From NCBI GenBank assembly GCA_043228905.1, contig JBHGNT010000005.1:7688001-7752000 (forward strand): a stretch of 64,000 bases of DNA, given 5' to 3'. The notes below the pieces were generated by a model. It searched no databases. It was not told where the DNA came from and saw only the letters and a list, made by a program, of their open reading frames with translations. The translations under genes were made by a program, and so were the position numbers. Below are positions 13,148 to 25,984 of the stretch, piece by piece (positions within the stretch are counted from its first letter, which is position 1; each line of letters begins with the position of its first letter). Source of the stretch: Azolla caroliniana (taxonomy: Eukaryota; Plantae; Polypodiophyta).

Positions 13148-13911
13148 TCACCTATTCCTCGGTCCAAGACCCCAGTGGTCCCGCCTTGTTCTCCACGCAC
13201 ACGCGTAACAACGCGACAACACGCTCTAATGGGTGAAATCGAACCTCATGAGGATCGAGCCTTACAGAAGATAGGACGGAAGAAGCAAGTACATAATTCT
13301 TCACTCCTCATGGAACTACCCGATCTGAACATGGCCTTAGTCGAGGCATATCGCAATCTACACCACACTACTCGGGCAGCCAAGGACATGGCCCAACGTA
13401 TCAAAATGGCGCATTAGCAAGCCAAACGGGCTACCGACCTATGGCAAGCCGCAGAGGAGAAACTGGTGACATTCACGCAGCAACAACCGCCCTTAATCCT
13501 CTCTGCACCGAGTGACATTGTGTCACCAGCCACTCTTCCGAACCCGAGCCCGAGTGCTGATGGTACCGTTGCACACAAAGACGACACTGCCCACCCCAGG
13601 TAGCCATGGCCGAGGCCAGCACAATGACGGACTCGGTACAGACAAGTGAGCCATCGTCATGGGCAGATATCAGCCTGCACCCCCAAACCAGCCAAGCCTC
13701 CAAGCAAACGCCACCACCTCCGATCGTCATTGAACGAGCGACACAGACAGACAGGGAGTCCTCGGCCCAAATCCAGCAAGCGGCAACCCAGACAAGGCCT
13801 CCCCTTAGGGCCTAATAGGAGGAGCTTCAGGCCCAGATCGCTCTGGCTGAGTTGGCAGAACAGAACCACAACAACATTCTTGGCCAGCTACGGGAACAAG
13901 CCGCGAGCCGC

Positions 13912-14930
13912 TGTCGTGAAGATTTTCGGCAATAGTGTGAAAATCCCATAAAACGTACGAAATCGAGTATGAATCACGTAATACAATAATTGTGAAGATA
14001 ACATTTTTAATATCTAAGTACAAAATGATGGAGGTTTCGAATGCACTTTATTACACGAGAAATGGACAACTAAATGTCAAGATATGAGGGTATAAAGTTT
14101 GTGAAAAGAAAAGAGAAAATTGTGAGATATCCCACATAGGCACGACAAATACGGCTCTCATCATATATAAAGTGGAGCAAAAGATATTATCTTTGTGTCT
14201 ATGTGTGGAGCATAGAGAGTTCAAGGTAACTTGAACTAAGAGTGGAGGTGGCTAGCTACTCGAAAAGGGTTTTGGCCAACCAAAACCGGACCGGCGATGG
14301 AGCCGGTGATCCGATGGCATCTGACCGCAATCCGGCGGCGGCATGCGGCACCGGTATCCGGCGTCGGCGGCGGCATCCGGCGGTGGCACCGATATCCGAC
14401 GGCGGCATCTGGCGACTAGATAAAATAAATATATAAATATATATACATATTTACATATACAAGGAGGGCAAGTATGGATTCGAACCTTGCACCTCCAAGT
14501 TAAGAGTCAATTGGTTTACCATTAAGCCATGCTATTTAGTTGAAATTATATTTCTATCATTGTACTTTTACATGTAAATTCTCATACATGAGAGCTAAAA
14601 TGAGTGACATGGTTAGCATGCACCACATGTAATACTTAAGCGCCAAATGGCAAACATGCAATTTATGCATGTCTTGTACCCTCACATGCATCATATGCAT
14701 GAGAGCATCTATAAAAGAGGGAAGGGGGAGGAGAAAAAGACAGGTTTTTTTTATGAAAATTAAGAGGAAGAAATTCGTTTTCAAATCAATCGTGTAATCT
14801 CAACTTCTCTCTTTCCCAATCTATCTTAAGTACTTTCTCGCCAAAGCTTGTATCGACTCTAAATCCTTCTGGTCCAGAACCCCGTCGGTTCCGCCTCACG
14901 ATCCGCACGTAGTGACGGATCTTCACGACA
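13912..14930 (+). repeat. C 5' LTR
   Basis: Direct repeat of 20754-21775. Confidence 0.97.
14465..14530 (-). promoter_or_regulatory. tRNA-like Pol III A/B-box module in the C LTR (second copy at about 21310-21375)
   Basis: Minus strand TGGCTTAATGG (A box), 32 nt, then GGTTCGAATCC (B box). Confidence 0.75.
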
Positions 14931-14938
14931 TAATTAAG

Positions 14939-14956
14939 TGGTGAACCCAACGTGAA
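14939..14956 (+). promoter_or_regulatory. C primer-binding site, tRNA-Trp type
   Basis: TGGTGAACCCAACGTGAA matches the complement of the plant tRNA-Trp 3' end (TTCACGTCGGGTTCACCA) at 17/18 positions. Confidence 0.85.
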
Positions 14957-14997
14957 CGAGGCGGTAGGAAGGATCAAGTCGAGATTAATACTTGGAG

Positions 14998-17196
14998 ATG
15001 GCGTCCTCAAGCAACCAAGCAGGAGAGCTCGAAAGGATGATGCTAATCGTCGAGCAAATGATGAGATCTCGGGACAACGACGCGAGCGTGGAGAAGGTTG
15101 TCGATCGTGTCGTAGAGCTCGAGGGCCAATTCGATGGAAGGAACGTTACGAAGTTCCTTGATGCATATAAGAGGGAGATGAATCAAAGGGACGTGTCCGA
15201 GGCACGTCAAATCGCAAGCTTCAAGAGAGTTGTCGCCAACAACATCCAAAGACGCGTCATCGAGCTTCAAGAAGGAAAGACAACATGGTCCGAGTTCGAG
15301 AAAACGATACTAGCGGAGTTCGTGACTGAAGACTCAACGAGGATGACTCGACATGCCCTGATGAAGTGGATAGAGAAGAAGAATAAGAAGATGAGCGTCT
15401 CGAGGGTGTACGACGAATTCGACCAGATGTTTAGTCGTCTCCCCAATACGGACCAAGTATTGCTTGAAGAGGACAAGACTTTGTACTTCTTGAAGGCCGT
15501 GGACATAAAGGATAGACGGGAGTTGGGGACTCTTCTCGAAGATGATACCCAAGCAAATGGGCTCGTAGCGGACTGGATCGCGGTGTAGCGGGCATGCAAT
15601 AGGCTCGACAAGCATCACCAATGGGTTGATGACACCGACTTGACGAGACCGACTACCACGGAGAAAGCAAGACCGCCGAAAGTAGTTGAGCCGCCAAGAC
15701 AAAGTAACGTGGAAGAAAAGAAGATTGATGACGACATCATTGAAGAGCTAGCAAAGAAGTTCGAGAAGGTCACTCTAGCCAACATGAATCGTCGGGGCCC
15801 TAAAGGAAAAGAACCCTTTAGATGCGTGTGGTGCGATAGCATGGACCACATGAGAAGGGATTGTGCAAGCCTTCGAGAGGCGATTCGACAAAATATCGTA
15901 TACATAGAGGACAACATGATCTGCTCAAGCGAGACTAGAAGACCCCTACGGGTGAATTTCGGAAGAGGAGGAATGAAGAGATCTATGGAGGATGCCGATG
16001 CGACTCATGTGGATGCGATGCATTATGCTGCGTCGGCCGGAATAAGAGTCTGGAAAGACAAGACTGAAGCTGCTAGAGCGGGAGCAAAGTTTTGGACCTC
16101 CGTTCTCGAATATGAGAAGAAGGGAAAAATCACATCGAACGAGGTAGAGCTTGCGGACCGAAGCGTGCAAAGCATAACCGGGTGGTCGGATCCGGTGGAC
16201 GACAACACCATACTCGCAGAGGTGATGTGCGACAACCACGAGGTGTTCGTCAAAGAAAAGAGAAAGAGAATAGAAGAGCAAGGGCCATCAAAAAGACATG
16301 AAACAAGGAACGCGAAAAAGAAGGACGATGCGGAGACGAGTCGACCTTTACAAACGGAGGAACGAGAATCAAGCCGAAAAGGGGAGCCGAGCATACGAGT
16401 TGAAGAAACGGTTCGGCCCGTGAAGGTTGGTGTCAAAGACCCCGCTCGGAGGACAAGGACCATATCTACCTATAAGCTAAGGTCGGACATAGAGCAGACG
16501 ACGGACCTAAAGAAGATTCTCGAAGAACGAGTTCTTGATAGCCACGTAACTTTGTCCTTGAGGGAATTGCTTGGCATTACGAAGAAGGAGTTCCATGACA
16601 CGATCGTGGACCTTGTAAAGAGAAAGAGACAACAATCGGACGAGGAAGAAGAGAAGCCGCAGAAAGCAAAAACGAATGCCATAACGATGGCAAGAGACGA
16701 AATCGATGAAGATATGGTGGACAACCACTACACTCGACCTCATTGGGCACGAGCGACAACGGAGACGCCGGTGAAGATCGGGGAGAAGAAAGAGACCATC
16801 GTAGCCTTGATCGACCACGGCTCGGAGATCAACCTCATGTCAACAGACTTCTACAAAAAGGGAAGATGGCCAATCAATACAAACCACGGATGGAAGCTTC
16901 GCGCGGCAACAAAGTCTACAGAGGACTTGTACGGAGCTTGTCCCAATGTCAAAGTCACGATTGGGGATGTGGAGATGGATCAACACTTCTTCGTACAAGA
17001 ATCGGCGTCACATCTTGTCATCCTAGGGCAACCTTATATCACATCATCTTGGATGGAGACCAAAGTGTTCAATAATGGAGCAGCCTTCGCACGAATAAAG
17101 AGTCTTGACAACCAAAGATCGGTCCAATTCCTAACAGTGCGAGCCAATCATGAAAGGAATCGAGATAGTCTCGGAGGCGAATCCTCGGATTTTTAG
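14998..17196 (+). pseudogene. C gag-protease (one internal stop at 15586-15588)
   Basis: FDGRNVTKFL gag motif, CVWCDSMDHMRRDC knuckle, LIDHGSEINLM protease; ends SSDF*. Confidence 0.9.
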
Positions 17197-20100
17197 AGCG
17201 GACTATTGAAGCATGGAGCACAAATAGTCTGAGCAATCACAAGACCCCACAAGAAAGAAGAGTGCGTGGATTGCAAGGAGAAGCAACATGTGTCACACCT
17301 AGTGGCGCATGTAAACTAGTACTACCCGACAAGAAGCACAAGCGCCGGATACAAGAATTCGAGAAGATGCTGAAAGAAGAGAACATAATAGAAGAAGGAG
17401 AGTTCGTGACTCATATTATGGAAGAAGCCTCATTTAATGACACCATCGGCGAAATCGAGGACGTCGTGGACTTGAGCTATCTTCACAATCAACGCGTGAT
17501 TTCGGTTAACTCCGTCAACATGTACGCTATCATCGATGAATACCGTCGTGGCATCTCGATGAAGGAAGCTGACATCAACACGAAATATAATACGGTGGAT
17601 AAGAAGATCAAGCCAGTTGCGGTTCCGCTACCGGAAGATAGCTGGCAAAAGATGAAGGAAGTCGCTAACGATCCAAGCTTAAGAGATCCGAAGAAGATAG
17701 GTCATGACTTCACCAAAGAGACGAAGGGGAAGCTACGAGTTGGAAAGGAGGATTTCCTTCTCCCTGAAGAGGAGCGAATGTTTCGCGATATGCTTGAGAG
17801 ACATGGGAAGGCTTTCGCATTCTTCCCATGAGAAATCGGATGCGCCGACCCAAAGGTTATAGAGCCAATGGTGATCTTCACGGTGCCTCATGTGCCTTGG
17901 ATTTTGAAACCGATACCGGTTCCAAGAGCACACCTTCCGAAGTTGATCGAGCTCTTAAAGGAGATGGTGAGTATGGGAATTCTAGAACCGTCGAATGCTC
18001 CTTATTCCAATAGGTGGTTCACGGTGCCGAAGAAGAATGGATCATTACGATTCATCCAAGATCTTCAACCCGTCAACAAGGTGACAATTCGAAATGCCGG
18101 AATCGGTCCGAGTGTGGACGAATTTGCCGAAGCGTTTGCGGGCCGGTCCATCTACTCCATTGGCGATCTCTACTCCGGATATGACCAATTCCAATTGACG
18201 ATCGACAGTCGGGACATTACAACCATGAGGACTCCGATCGGGCTTGTGCGGATGTGTACCTTACCCCAAGGCGCAACGAACTCGGTGGCTCATATGGTGA
18301 ATGCCATGAATAAAGTCTTGAAGGATTGCATTCCGGACATCACGATGCCATTCTTGGATGATATTCCGATGAAAGGATGTTCGGATGAGGAGAAAGATGA
18401 ATCGAAAGATAAGGAAGGTTGTAGAAAGTTCGTTGCGGATCATATGAAAGATTGCGAGAAGGTGCTTCAAAGGCTCGAAGATGCGAATTTGACATTTTCG
18501 GGAGAAAAATCCGCATTCGGGCAACCAGAGATCTTGGTGGTAGGTCACTTGTGTGGAGCATACGGCCGGAACCCCTCGCCATCCAAAGTGAATGCAATCC
18601 AAGACATGAAAGAAGAATGCAAAAAACAAACGGAGGTTCGAAGGTTCCTTGGAGCGTGCGCGTTTTATCATATATGGATTCCTCACTACGCTCATGTCAC
18701 CGAACCGTTATATGGACTACTAAAGAAAAGAATAAAGTTCGAATGGCGAGACGAGCACACAGAGGCGATGCGAAGATTAAAGAAACTGCTTCTTGAAGCT
18801 CCGGCACTAAGGAAGGCCGACTATGCCGAAGGGAAACCAATTTACGTGACCGTAGATACGAGCCCAACCGGAATCGGGTGGGTCATCAATCAAGAAGGTG
18901 AAGATAATGCGCGATATGCCGTCCGGTTCGGAGCAAAGGTTCTCAGCGAACGGCAACAAAGATATGCCCAAGTCAAGCGGGAACTTTGGGGTATTGTGTC
19001 GGCAGTGAAGACGGACAAAGATTACCTGATCGGGTCAGAAGTGATAATAGAGACAGATTGTCTCCCAATTCTCAGAATGGTCTCGGGATGTGCGACCCCA
19101 GATCTTGCTATGCTAAGGTGGATCGCCTACATCAAGTCTTTAAACCCAGAGATCCGTCACATCGCAGGGAAGAAGAACGCCATGGCTGACATGCTGTCGA
19201 GGGCAAGATTTTCAAATGGAAGTAACATGGTTTCGGAAGATGAAGATGTCGCCCTCGACTTCTTCAAGATGGCTCGATTGTCGGCGGAAGACCAGGACAC
19301 GCAAACCCTCCACGCCTTCAACGAGAACGAGTACGAAGGAGAGTGGTTACTCATCGGTAGATTCCTAAGAACATTGACGACCGATGCTTCGTTGACAAAG
19401 GAGGAGGCCCTACAAATCCGGAAGAAAGCTTATCGATACTTCTTGAAGGGAGGATTCCTTTGGCGACATCCAAAAAGAACGACAGGAATACCACGTCGAG
19501 TGGTGGTAAAGAAAGAAGAGCAAGAGACGCTGATGACCGAATTCCACGAGAGTGCTTGGGCAGGTCTTAGAGGAACATGGGCGACGTTCGAAAAATTGAA
19601 GGAGAAGTACTGGTGGCCAAGCATGTACAAAGATGTACTCCATTTCGTTTCCACATGTGAAACTTGCCAAATATATTCAAATATACATCATCGTGATGAG
19701 TTAAAGCCGACATACCCACTCACCATTCACTTCAAATGGATGGTGGATCTGGTCTCGATGCCAATGGGAGTGGGACAAATGAAGTACTTAGCGCTCGCAA
19801 GGGAAGACTTGACAAATCAAGTGGAAGGACGAACCTTGACAAATAAGATGACTTCAGCCGTTTGTAAATTTTTATTTGAAGATGTTGTTTGCCGATATGG
19901 ATGTGTAGGGAAGATAGTGGCCGACCGAGGGGAGTTGGACGCGCACGAAGCGACGGAGCTCTTCGAAAGACTAGGCGTGAAGCTCTCCCTCACGACTGCC
20001 TACAATCCGGAAGCAAATGGGAAGATCGAGCGAGGGCATGGACCTATCGTTAAAGCCATCGTACGGGCATGCAACGGTCGAGTCGGGAATTGGCCACGAC

Positions 20101-20681
20101 TATTACCCTATGCCTTGTGGGCCGATAGAACGACACATAGCTCGGTGACAGGGTATATGCCGACGGAGCTTATGTATGGACAAAAGCCGATTATGCCCAT
20201 TGAAAGGACGATCGCCTCATGGGTAGCGATATCGTGGGGGAACGAGATGAGCCGAGAAGAGTTATTAGCAGCGCGGATAAGGCAACTTGAAAGAAGACCT
20301 GAAGTTTTAGAAAAAGCGCGAAAGATGATGAAGGCAGCCCGAGTAAAGAACAAAGTTCAGTTCGACAACACGCATCGACTTCGTCCCAAGAAGATTGAAG
20401 AAGGGGATTGGGTTTTGGTTTACGACAGCACCCTTGACAATCAACATAGTACAACAAGGAAGTTCGCAAGAAGATGGTTCGGGCCATATGTGGTGACAAG
20501 TGCCAACGATAATGCCACATACCACCTTGCGGAACTAGACGGATCAAGGTTGGCCGTACCCATTGTGGGGAAAAGAGTAAAGCTTTTCAAGAAAAGACAA
20601 GACAAGGATCCTGACCTCGATTACCTCGATGATGAACATAATAGGCCGGATGAAAATGAAGACATGGAGGAATCTAATTGA
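17187..20681 (+). pseudogene. C pol (RT-RNaseH-IN), -1 frame, one stop at 17829-17831
   Basis: ORFs 17262-17831 and 17868-20681 are in the same frame; DLYSGYDQF, PFLDD and integrase core present. Confidence 0.92.
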
Positions 20682-20753
20682 TCATCGTAGCCGAAATCTC
20701 ACTTCTTCTCTTCTTGGCACGTACCGGAGGACGTGCAGTTTGGTGGGGGTGGA

Positions 20754-21775
20754 TGTCGTGAAGATTTTCGGCAATAGTGTGAAAATCCCATAAAACGTAC
20801 GAAATCGAGTATGAATCACGTAATACAATAATTGTGAAGATAACATTTTTAATATCTAAGTACAAAATGATGGAGGTTTCGAATGCACTTTATTACACGA
20901 GAAATGGACAACTAAATGTCAAGATATGAGGGTATAAAGTTTGTGAAAAGAAAAGAGAAAATTGTGAGATATCCCATATAGGCACGACAAATACGGCTCT
21001 CATCATATATAAAGTGGAGCAAAAGATATTATCTTTGTGTCTATGTGTGGAGCATAGAGAGTTCAAGGTAACTTGAACTAAGAGTGGAGGTGGCTAGCTA
21101 CTCGAAAAGGGTTTTGGCCAACCAAAACCGGACCGGCGATGGAGCCGGTGATCCGATGGCATCCGACCGCTATCCGGCGTCGGCGGCGGCATCCGGCGGT
21201 GGCACCGATATCCGACGGCACCGGTATCCGGCGACGGCATCCGGCGGCGGCATCTGGCGACTAGATAAAATAAATATATAAATATATATACATATTTACA
21301 TATACAAGGAGGGCAAGTATGGATTCGAACCTTGCACTTCCAAGTTAAGAGTCAATTGGCTTACCATTAAGCCATGCTATTTAGTTGAAATTATATTTCT
21401 ATCATTGTACTTTTACATGTAAATTCTCATACATGAGAGCTAAAATGAGTGACATGGTTAGCATGCACCACATGTAATACTTAAGCGCCAAATGGCAAAC
21501 ATGCAATTTATGCATGTCTTGTACCCTCACATGCATCATATGCATGAGAGCATCTATAAAAGAGGGAAGGGGGAGGAGAAAAAGACAGGTTTTTTTTATG
21601 AAAATTAAGAGGAAGAAATTCGTTTTCAAATCAATCGTGTAATCTCAACTTCTCTCTTTCCCAATCTATCTTAAGTACTTTCTCGCCAAAGCTTGTATCG
21701 ACTCTAAATCCTTCTGATCCAGAACCCCGGCGGTTCCGCCTCACGATCCGCGCGTAGTGACGGATCTTCACGACA
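20754..21775 (+). repeat. C 3' LTR
   Basis: Direct repeat of 13912-14930, preceded by the PPT. Confidence 0.97.
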
Positions 21776-24759
21776 CCGCGAAGCGAACCTAAAGCGACTA
21801 CTTGCTGAAAGGTCGGTCGCGCTTGAAGCACGAGAACGAGAGGTGATGACCCTCCAGATCTCTTTCACTGAGGCTAAAGAACGTTTCATCAAAGAAACCG
21901 AACGGAATAGCCAACGGGAACATGAGCTCTTCGTAGACAACCAGGAATTACGACATCATCAAAGAGCCTTCCAAGACATGGCCAATGAACATATGCAAAA
22001 GTGGAGGATCTCGGAGGAGCAACGAGCAAAAATTTCCAATGCATATCACCAATTGCAAACCGAGCACATCACCGTCAAAGAACAACACCGGGACGCTTGG
22101 TGATAGGAAAGGGACGAAACTGTAGCTAAGCTCACCAACCGTTATGAGCAGACCATCGCGCTCATCACTGAAAAAGCAAAAGATAATCAAGCTACTTTAG
22201 CACTCTTCGCCCGCAAAAGCCAAGCCAAAGCCAAGGCCGCAAGGGAGGCACTGAAAGTTCACCGCGCAAGCATCGGCATGGACGATACCAAAATGAAGAC
22301 CCTAATCAACAATTCACCACGAAGATCAAAGAAACGCTTGACCATGTCTGGCAAGGGTGGTCAGCCCAAGCCACGGACCTACACATACTACGCGCGGATG
22401 CCGAGAACCGGTGGAAGGAGGGCTGAGGGTTTTACAAAATGGATGACACCAGCATCCAGACCCTCCGTGAAGACTTAACAGAAGAATATCATACCTTGGC
22501 AACATCCCACACCGCGGCCATCGAGCAACTCTTGGAGGAATTCAACGACGATCTAATGGTGTTTTGTTTAGAAGCCGAAGCGTACAAGGAGGAACGACTC
22601 GCTACCGGGAGTCACAGGGCTCCACAAACACTGAGCAAGGAACCGAGTCACTCCCCACGGCAGCTCAACCGGAAGAACCGGCCCCTACCGACCTCCACAT
22701 CCCAACCGAGCCACTCACCACGGTAGTTAGACCAGAGGAACCTACCCCTGCAGACGTCCACATCCCACCGGAGCCACAGACTATAACCCCGACCCTGCCT
22801 GAATTGGTCCCAACAGAGGAGGGCACACACAACAACACCGCCATCCTTGACTCGGCAACACAACCTCCATCACCAACCCCACCTGCCGAGCAGCCAGCCC
22901 AACCCCACACCCCGAGGATATCCTCGGCATATTGGAAGAGGAATAAAACTAACCTATAAACCCTCGTAGGAACGGGCAATTTTTGTAATTTGTGTTGTTT
23001 TGCCAAATCCATGGTGAACCGTGGGTCCAACAAACAAAGTCCTGTCCCACGGGCATGCCAGGTGTTGTCCATAGGCCAGAAATATAAATTAATTAAATGT
23101 AATATGTCGGTAGGTAAGGCGAGTAGGTAAGGTAGAGTTAGGTAAACACCAAGTTTCGAGCCTCACAGTCAGCCGACCGCTCGGCTCTGTATGAAGAAAA
23201 AGAAAAAGTATATAAACCGAGGTCTGCATACCTCGGCAGAGGGGGAGATATCTAGAGCCTAGGTGAGGTCGTTTCATAGTTATAAGAGCTTTGTAAGGTC
23301 ACCGGTTGTGGGCCGTGTTTTTTTGTAATCATCGCTAACTATTTGCAGTAATACATATCTATTAGCTCTTGTTGTTTTCATCTGTGGGCCGTCGTTTCTA
23401 AGGTCTCAACTACGTAGATGACCCGGGCTCTATTCCGGGTATGCTCTCCGTTTTCTTCCCCTAACGACGCCTCTATGCACAAGTCTTCACGTTAAACTTC
23501 CCTTGATACCGATAGCTTGTAGGCATATCGAAGGTGTTTCCAACAGAACGGTTAACAAGCTAGAGGGTTGAATATATGTGATGGCTGAAAGCCAACGGAA
23601 ATCTAGCTAAAGGTTTGAAGAGCTACCTAAGTATGAAAGTCGACTGAGAGCCGATTAATGTTAAGTGATGAATCAGTTGAAGCCAATTTGGCTAGGGAAA
23701 AATATGTAAATAAGTACATATATGTATGTATGTATGTATAAACCCTAGGTTGTTAGTTCATTTCGATTAGTGTGTGAGAGATAACGATGCAGAAAAATAG
23801 GTACAGTGGATGGTGTTGTGCAAGTTGAGCTCACATGAGTGTGTTGACCCTTGAATCTGATCTCACCAAAATCGATAGCTCTATGCAATCCAGATTCTAG
23901 TGTTGTCGTTTCTCTATTACTTCTTCTATTCATTGTGTTAATCCGTCAGCTGAGATGAAGCTCTATTCAAGATTGTGGCCTTGACTGAACGACTATAGCC
24001 CAAAACACTTGTATACAGTCATATAGTGATTTTTTGTTGAATCAGTGGAATCCTATGGTTTTTCCTATTTAGAGTTTTCCACATTAAATTTCTGTGTTGG
24101 CTCTTTCTTTTCTGTTTTTTCTGTCCATAATACCTAATTGTCAGTTGAGTAGCGTAGGATAGACCTATAAGTCAGTTGTCCGACCTTGTATTCCCCATCA
24201 AACTTGTATCAGAGCGAAGTTTTTTTTTTCCTCCCAAGTTTTGTTTTGGAATATGGACGAATCCTTTCGTGGGATGTTCAAGCTGACCGGCCCAAACTAT
24301 TCAGTTTGGAAGTCGAAGATGAGAGGCATGCTTGTGTGCAAGGTGTCATGATATAGCAAGACTCGAACCCATGACCTTATGCTACATGGGTCGAGCTCTT
24401 GACCATTAGGTTATACATTGTAATACGTAGAATATTATTTTCATTTATGTTTTATTATAGAAAATTGATGTATATTCCAGATTTCTCTGGAACATTCTAG
24501 AAACTTCAGGAGTATTCCTTAGAACACTATAAAAGGAGGCACAAGGCATTATTTCAAACCAAATCGGTTCAACGCCAGTCTTAAGCCTCCTAGTTACTGT
24601 ACATTTTCTTCACATAATATATATCTTTTCTTATCATCACTCTCTCTCTCCCTCCTTCTCACTCACTCTTTCCTTCTCTCGAGAGTTCTTCACCTCTCTT
24701 AGTACTAATACTTCTTTTAGTACTAAGTCCTTCTCTGTCTTAGTACTATTCCTGACAGT

Positions 24760-24772
24760 TTGAACCGATTTG
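24760..24772 (+). promoter_or_regulatory. G self-priming PBS
   Basis: TTGAACCGATTTG is the exact reverse complement of CAAATCGGTTCAA at 24560-24572, which starts 32 nt after TATAAAA (24528). Confidence 0.88.
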
Positions 24773-24831
24773 CCCTACCTTCTGTCTCTCTCATTTCCTA
24801 CTAATCTCTTATTCCTCTTTTCTTTCATCCC

Positions 24832-25984
24832 ATGGCCACTGTTAGCGCTGAAGAATATCAATCTGTTTTCTCAGAATTTCAATGCTTGAAAGAGAAGTTC
24901 CATGCTTTGGAACAAGAAAACCAACGGTTGCTGGGGGGATCTTCAACAAATCTCCTTAGAAAAGCAGCAAACGCAACAACAGCATGGGGAACTTGCATTA
25001 CGCGTGCAACAACTCGAAGCAACCATCGTAGCGATGCAATAACAAGGGCTCGGAACACAAGGGATTCATAAAGAACCCAAGATTGGCCTTCCCACGAAGT
25101 TCGATGGAACGCGATCGCAGTTTAGAGGGTTCCTTAACCAAGTACAATTAGTTATTCAAATGCATCCTTCCCGGTATCCCACCGATGCATCACGAGTGGG
25201 TTTAGTAGGCACTTTGTTAAGTGGCTCAGCGTTGGCATGGTTCGCTCCACTATTAGAAAAGGAATCTCCGTTACTCAACAATTTTGAAGAGTTTCTAGGT
25301 GAGTTTAAAGCATGTTTCGGAGATACTGACAGCATCAGGACCGCAATCAACAAAATTCGGCGATTACGCCAAGGTGACCGTCCAGCCTCCGCATACGCTG
25401 CAAATTTTCGCCTACTCGCCTCTGATATCCCTTGGGATGATCAAGCGTTGATGGAGCAATTCTGTTATGGTTTACGCAACGATGTCAAGGATTTATTCTT
25501 GACCTTCCCCGAAGAGCCAAAGTCCTTAACAAAAGCAATCAGTCGCACGGTGAGATGTGACAACCGCCTCTTTGAGCGACGTTCGGAACGACAGCTACAG
25601 ATACCGAGGGCAAGATCAGAGCCCACCTATGCCTCAGTGGTAGCAAGACCTTTTCCGAGGGAGTCATATAATGTGCCTCCAGCAAATACTCTGACTCCGA
25701 TGGAGGTTGACACTACACGTCGTCGAGGGCCATTATCCGAAGAAGAAAAGCAGCAACGTCATACAAATCGACTATGTCTTTACTGCGGTGGACCAGGACA
25801 TATTGCAATAAATTGCCCCCTTAGGCCAAGAAGACAGGTGAACCAAATAGTTGCTAGTTCTAATTGTACTAAACCCGAGCCTATTTCAATAGGGATATTT
25901 GATAGTCCTAATAGTACTAATAGCCCAGATCTAGCGAACAGATTTGATGTCCTTAGTCAATTAGAAGAAGAGTTAAACGACTAA
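24832..25984 (+). pseudogene. G gag (sushi/PEG10-like capsid, CCHC)
   Basis: PTKFDGTRSQFRGFL, LLSGSALAWF, TPMEVD, RLCLYCGGPGHIAINCP; disrupted near 24940-25071. Confidence 0.88.

Larger units (their letters stand above)
1..13218 (+). mobile_element. Element A: non-chromovirus Ty3/gypsy LTR retrotransposon; 5' end lies outside the window; 3' LTR interrupted by element B
   Basis: Gag, protease (LVDHGSEINLM), RT (LPQGGTNS, PFLDD), RNase H and integrase in gypsy order. PPT AGGTGGGGGCGGA is followed by TGTCGTG at 5495. The LTR resumes after B and appears to end ...ACGCGACA at 13218. Confidence 0.9.
5495..13218 (+). repeat. A 3' LTR in two pieces (5495-5593 and 12612-13218)
   Basis: TGTCGTG...CGCGACA termini, TATA-like CTATAAAAG near 12729, (CT)n tract near 13105-13144. 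The 5' LTR is not in the window, so the right end is not confirmed by a second copy. Confidence 0.75.
13912..21775 (+). mobile_element. Element C: full-length non-chromovirus Ty3/gypsy, same lineage as A and F
   Basis: Near-identical LTRs 13912-14930 and 20754-21775 (TGTCGTG...CACGACA). 4-bp TSD CCGC at 13908-13911 and 21776-21779. tRNA-Trp PBS; PPT GGTGGGGGTGGA. Confidence 0.97.
13219..22959 (+). pseudogene. D accessory ORF: low-complexity/TQT-rich region, long coiled coil, Pro/Thr-rich tail; split by element C
   Basis: Removing 13912-21779 restores the frame: ...GQLREQAASR|EANLKRLLAERSVALEAREREVMTLQ... Stops and frameshifts occur elsewhere. Confidence 0.7.
13219..23545 (+). mobile_element. 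Element D: 3' portion of an unclassified LTR-type element hosting A and C, itself inserted in the copia E 5' LTR
   Basis: A degraded long ORF is followed by an LTR-like segment with TATAAA near 23211, ending TTCCAACA at 23545, exactly where the 5'-truncated copia LTR starts. The LTR start is uncertain (TGTTG at 23063 is one candidate). Confidence 0.6.

Noticed and set aside
14465-14530. Functional tRNA genes in LTRs
   Set aside because: A and B boxes are present but I could not build convincing acceptor and anticodon stems; reported as tRNA-like modules only.
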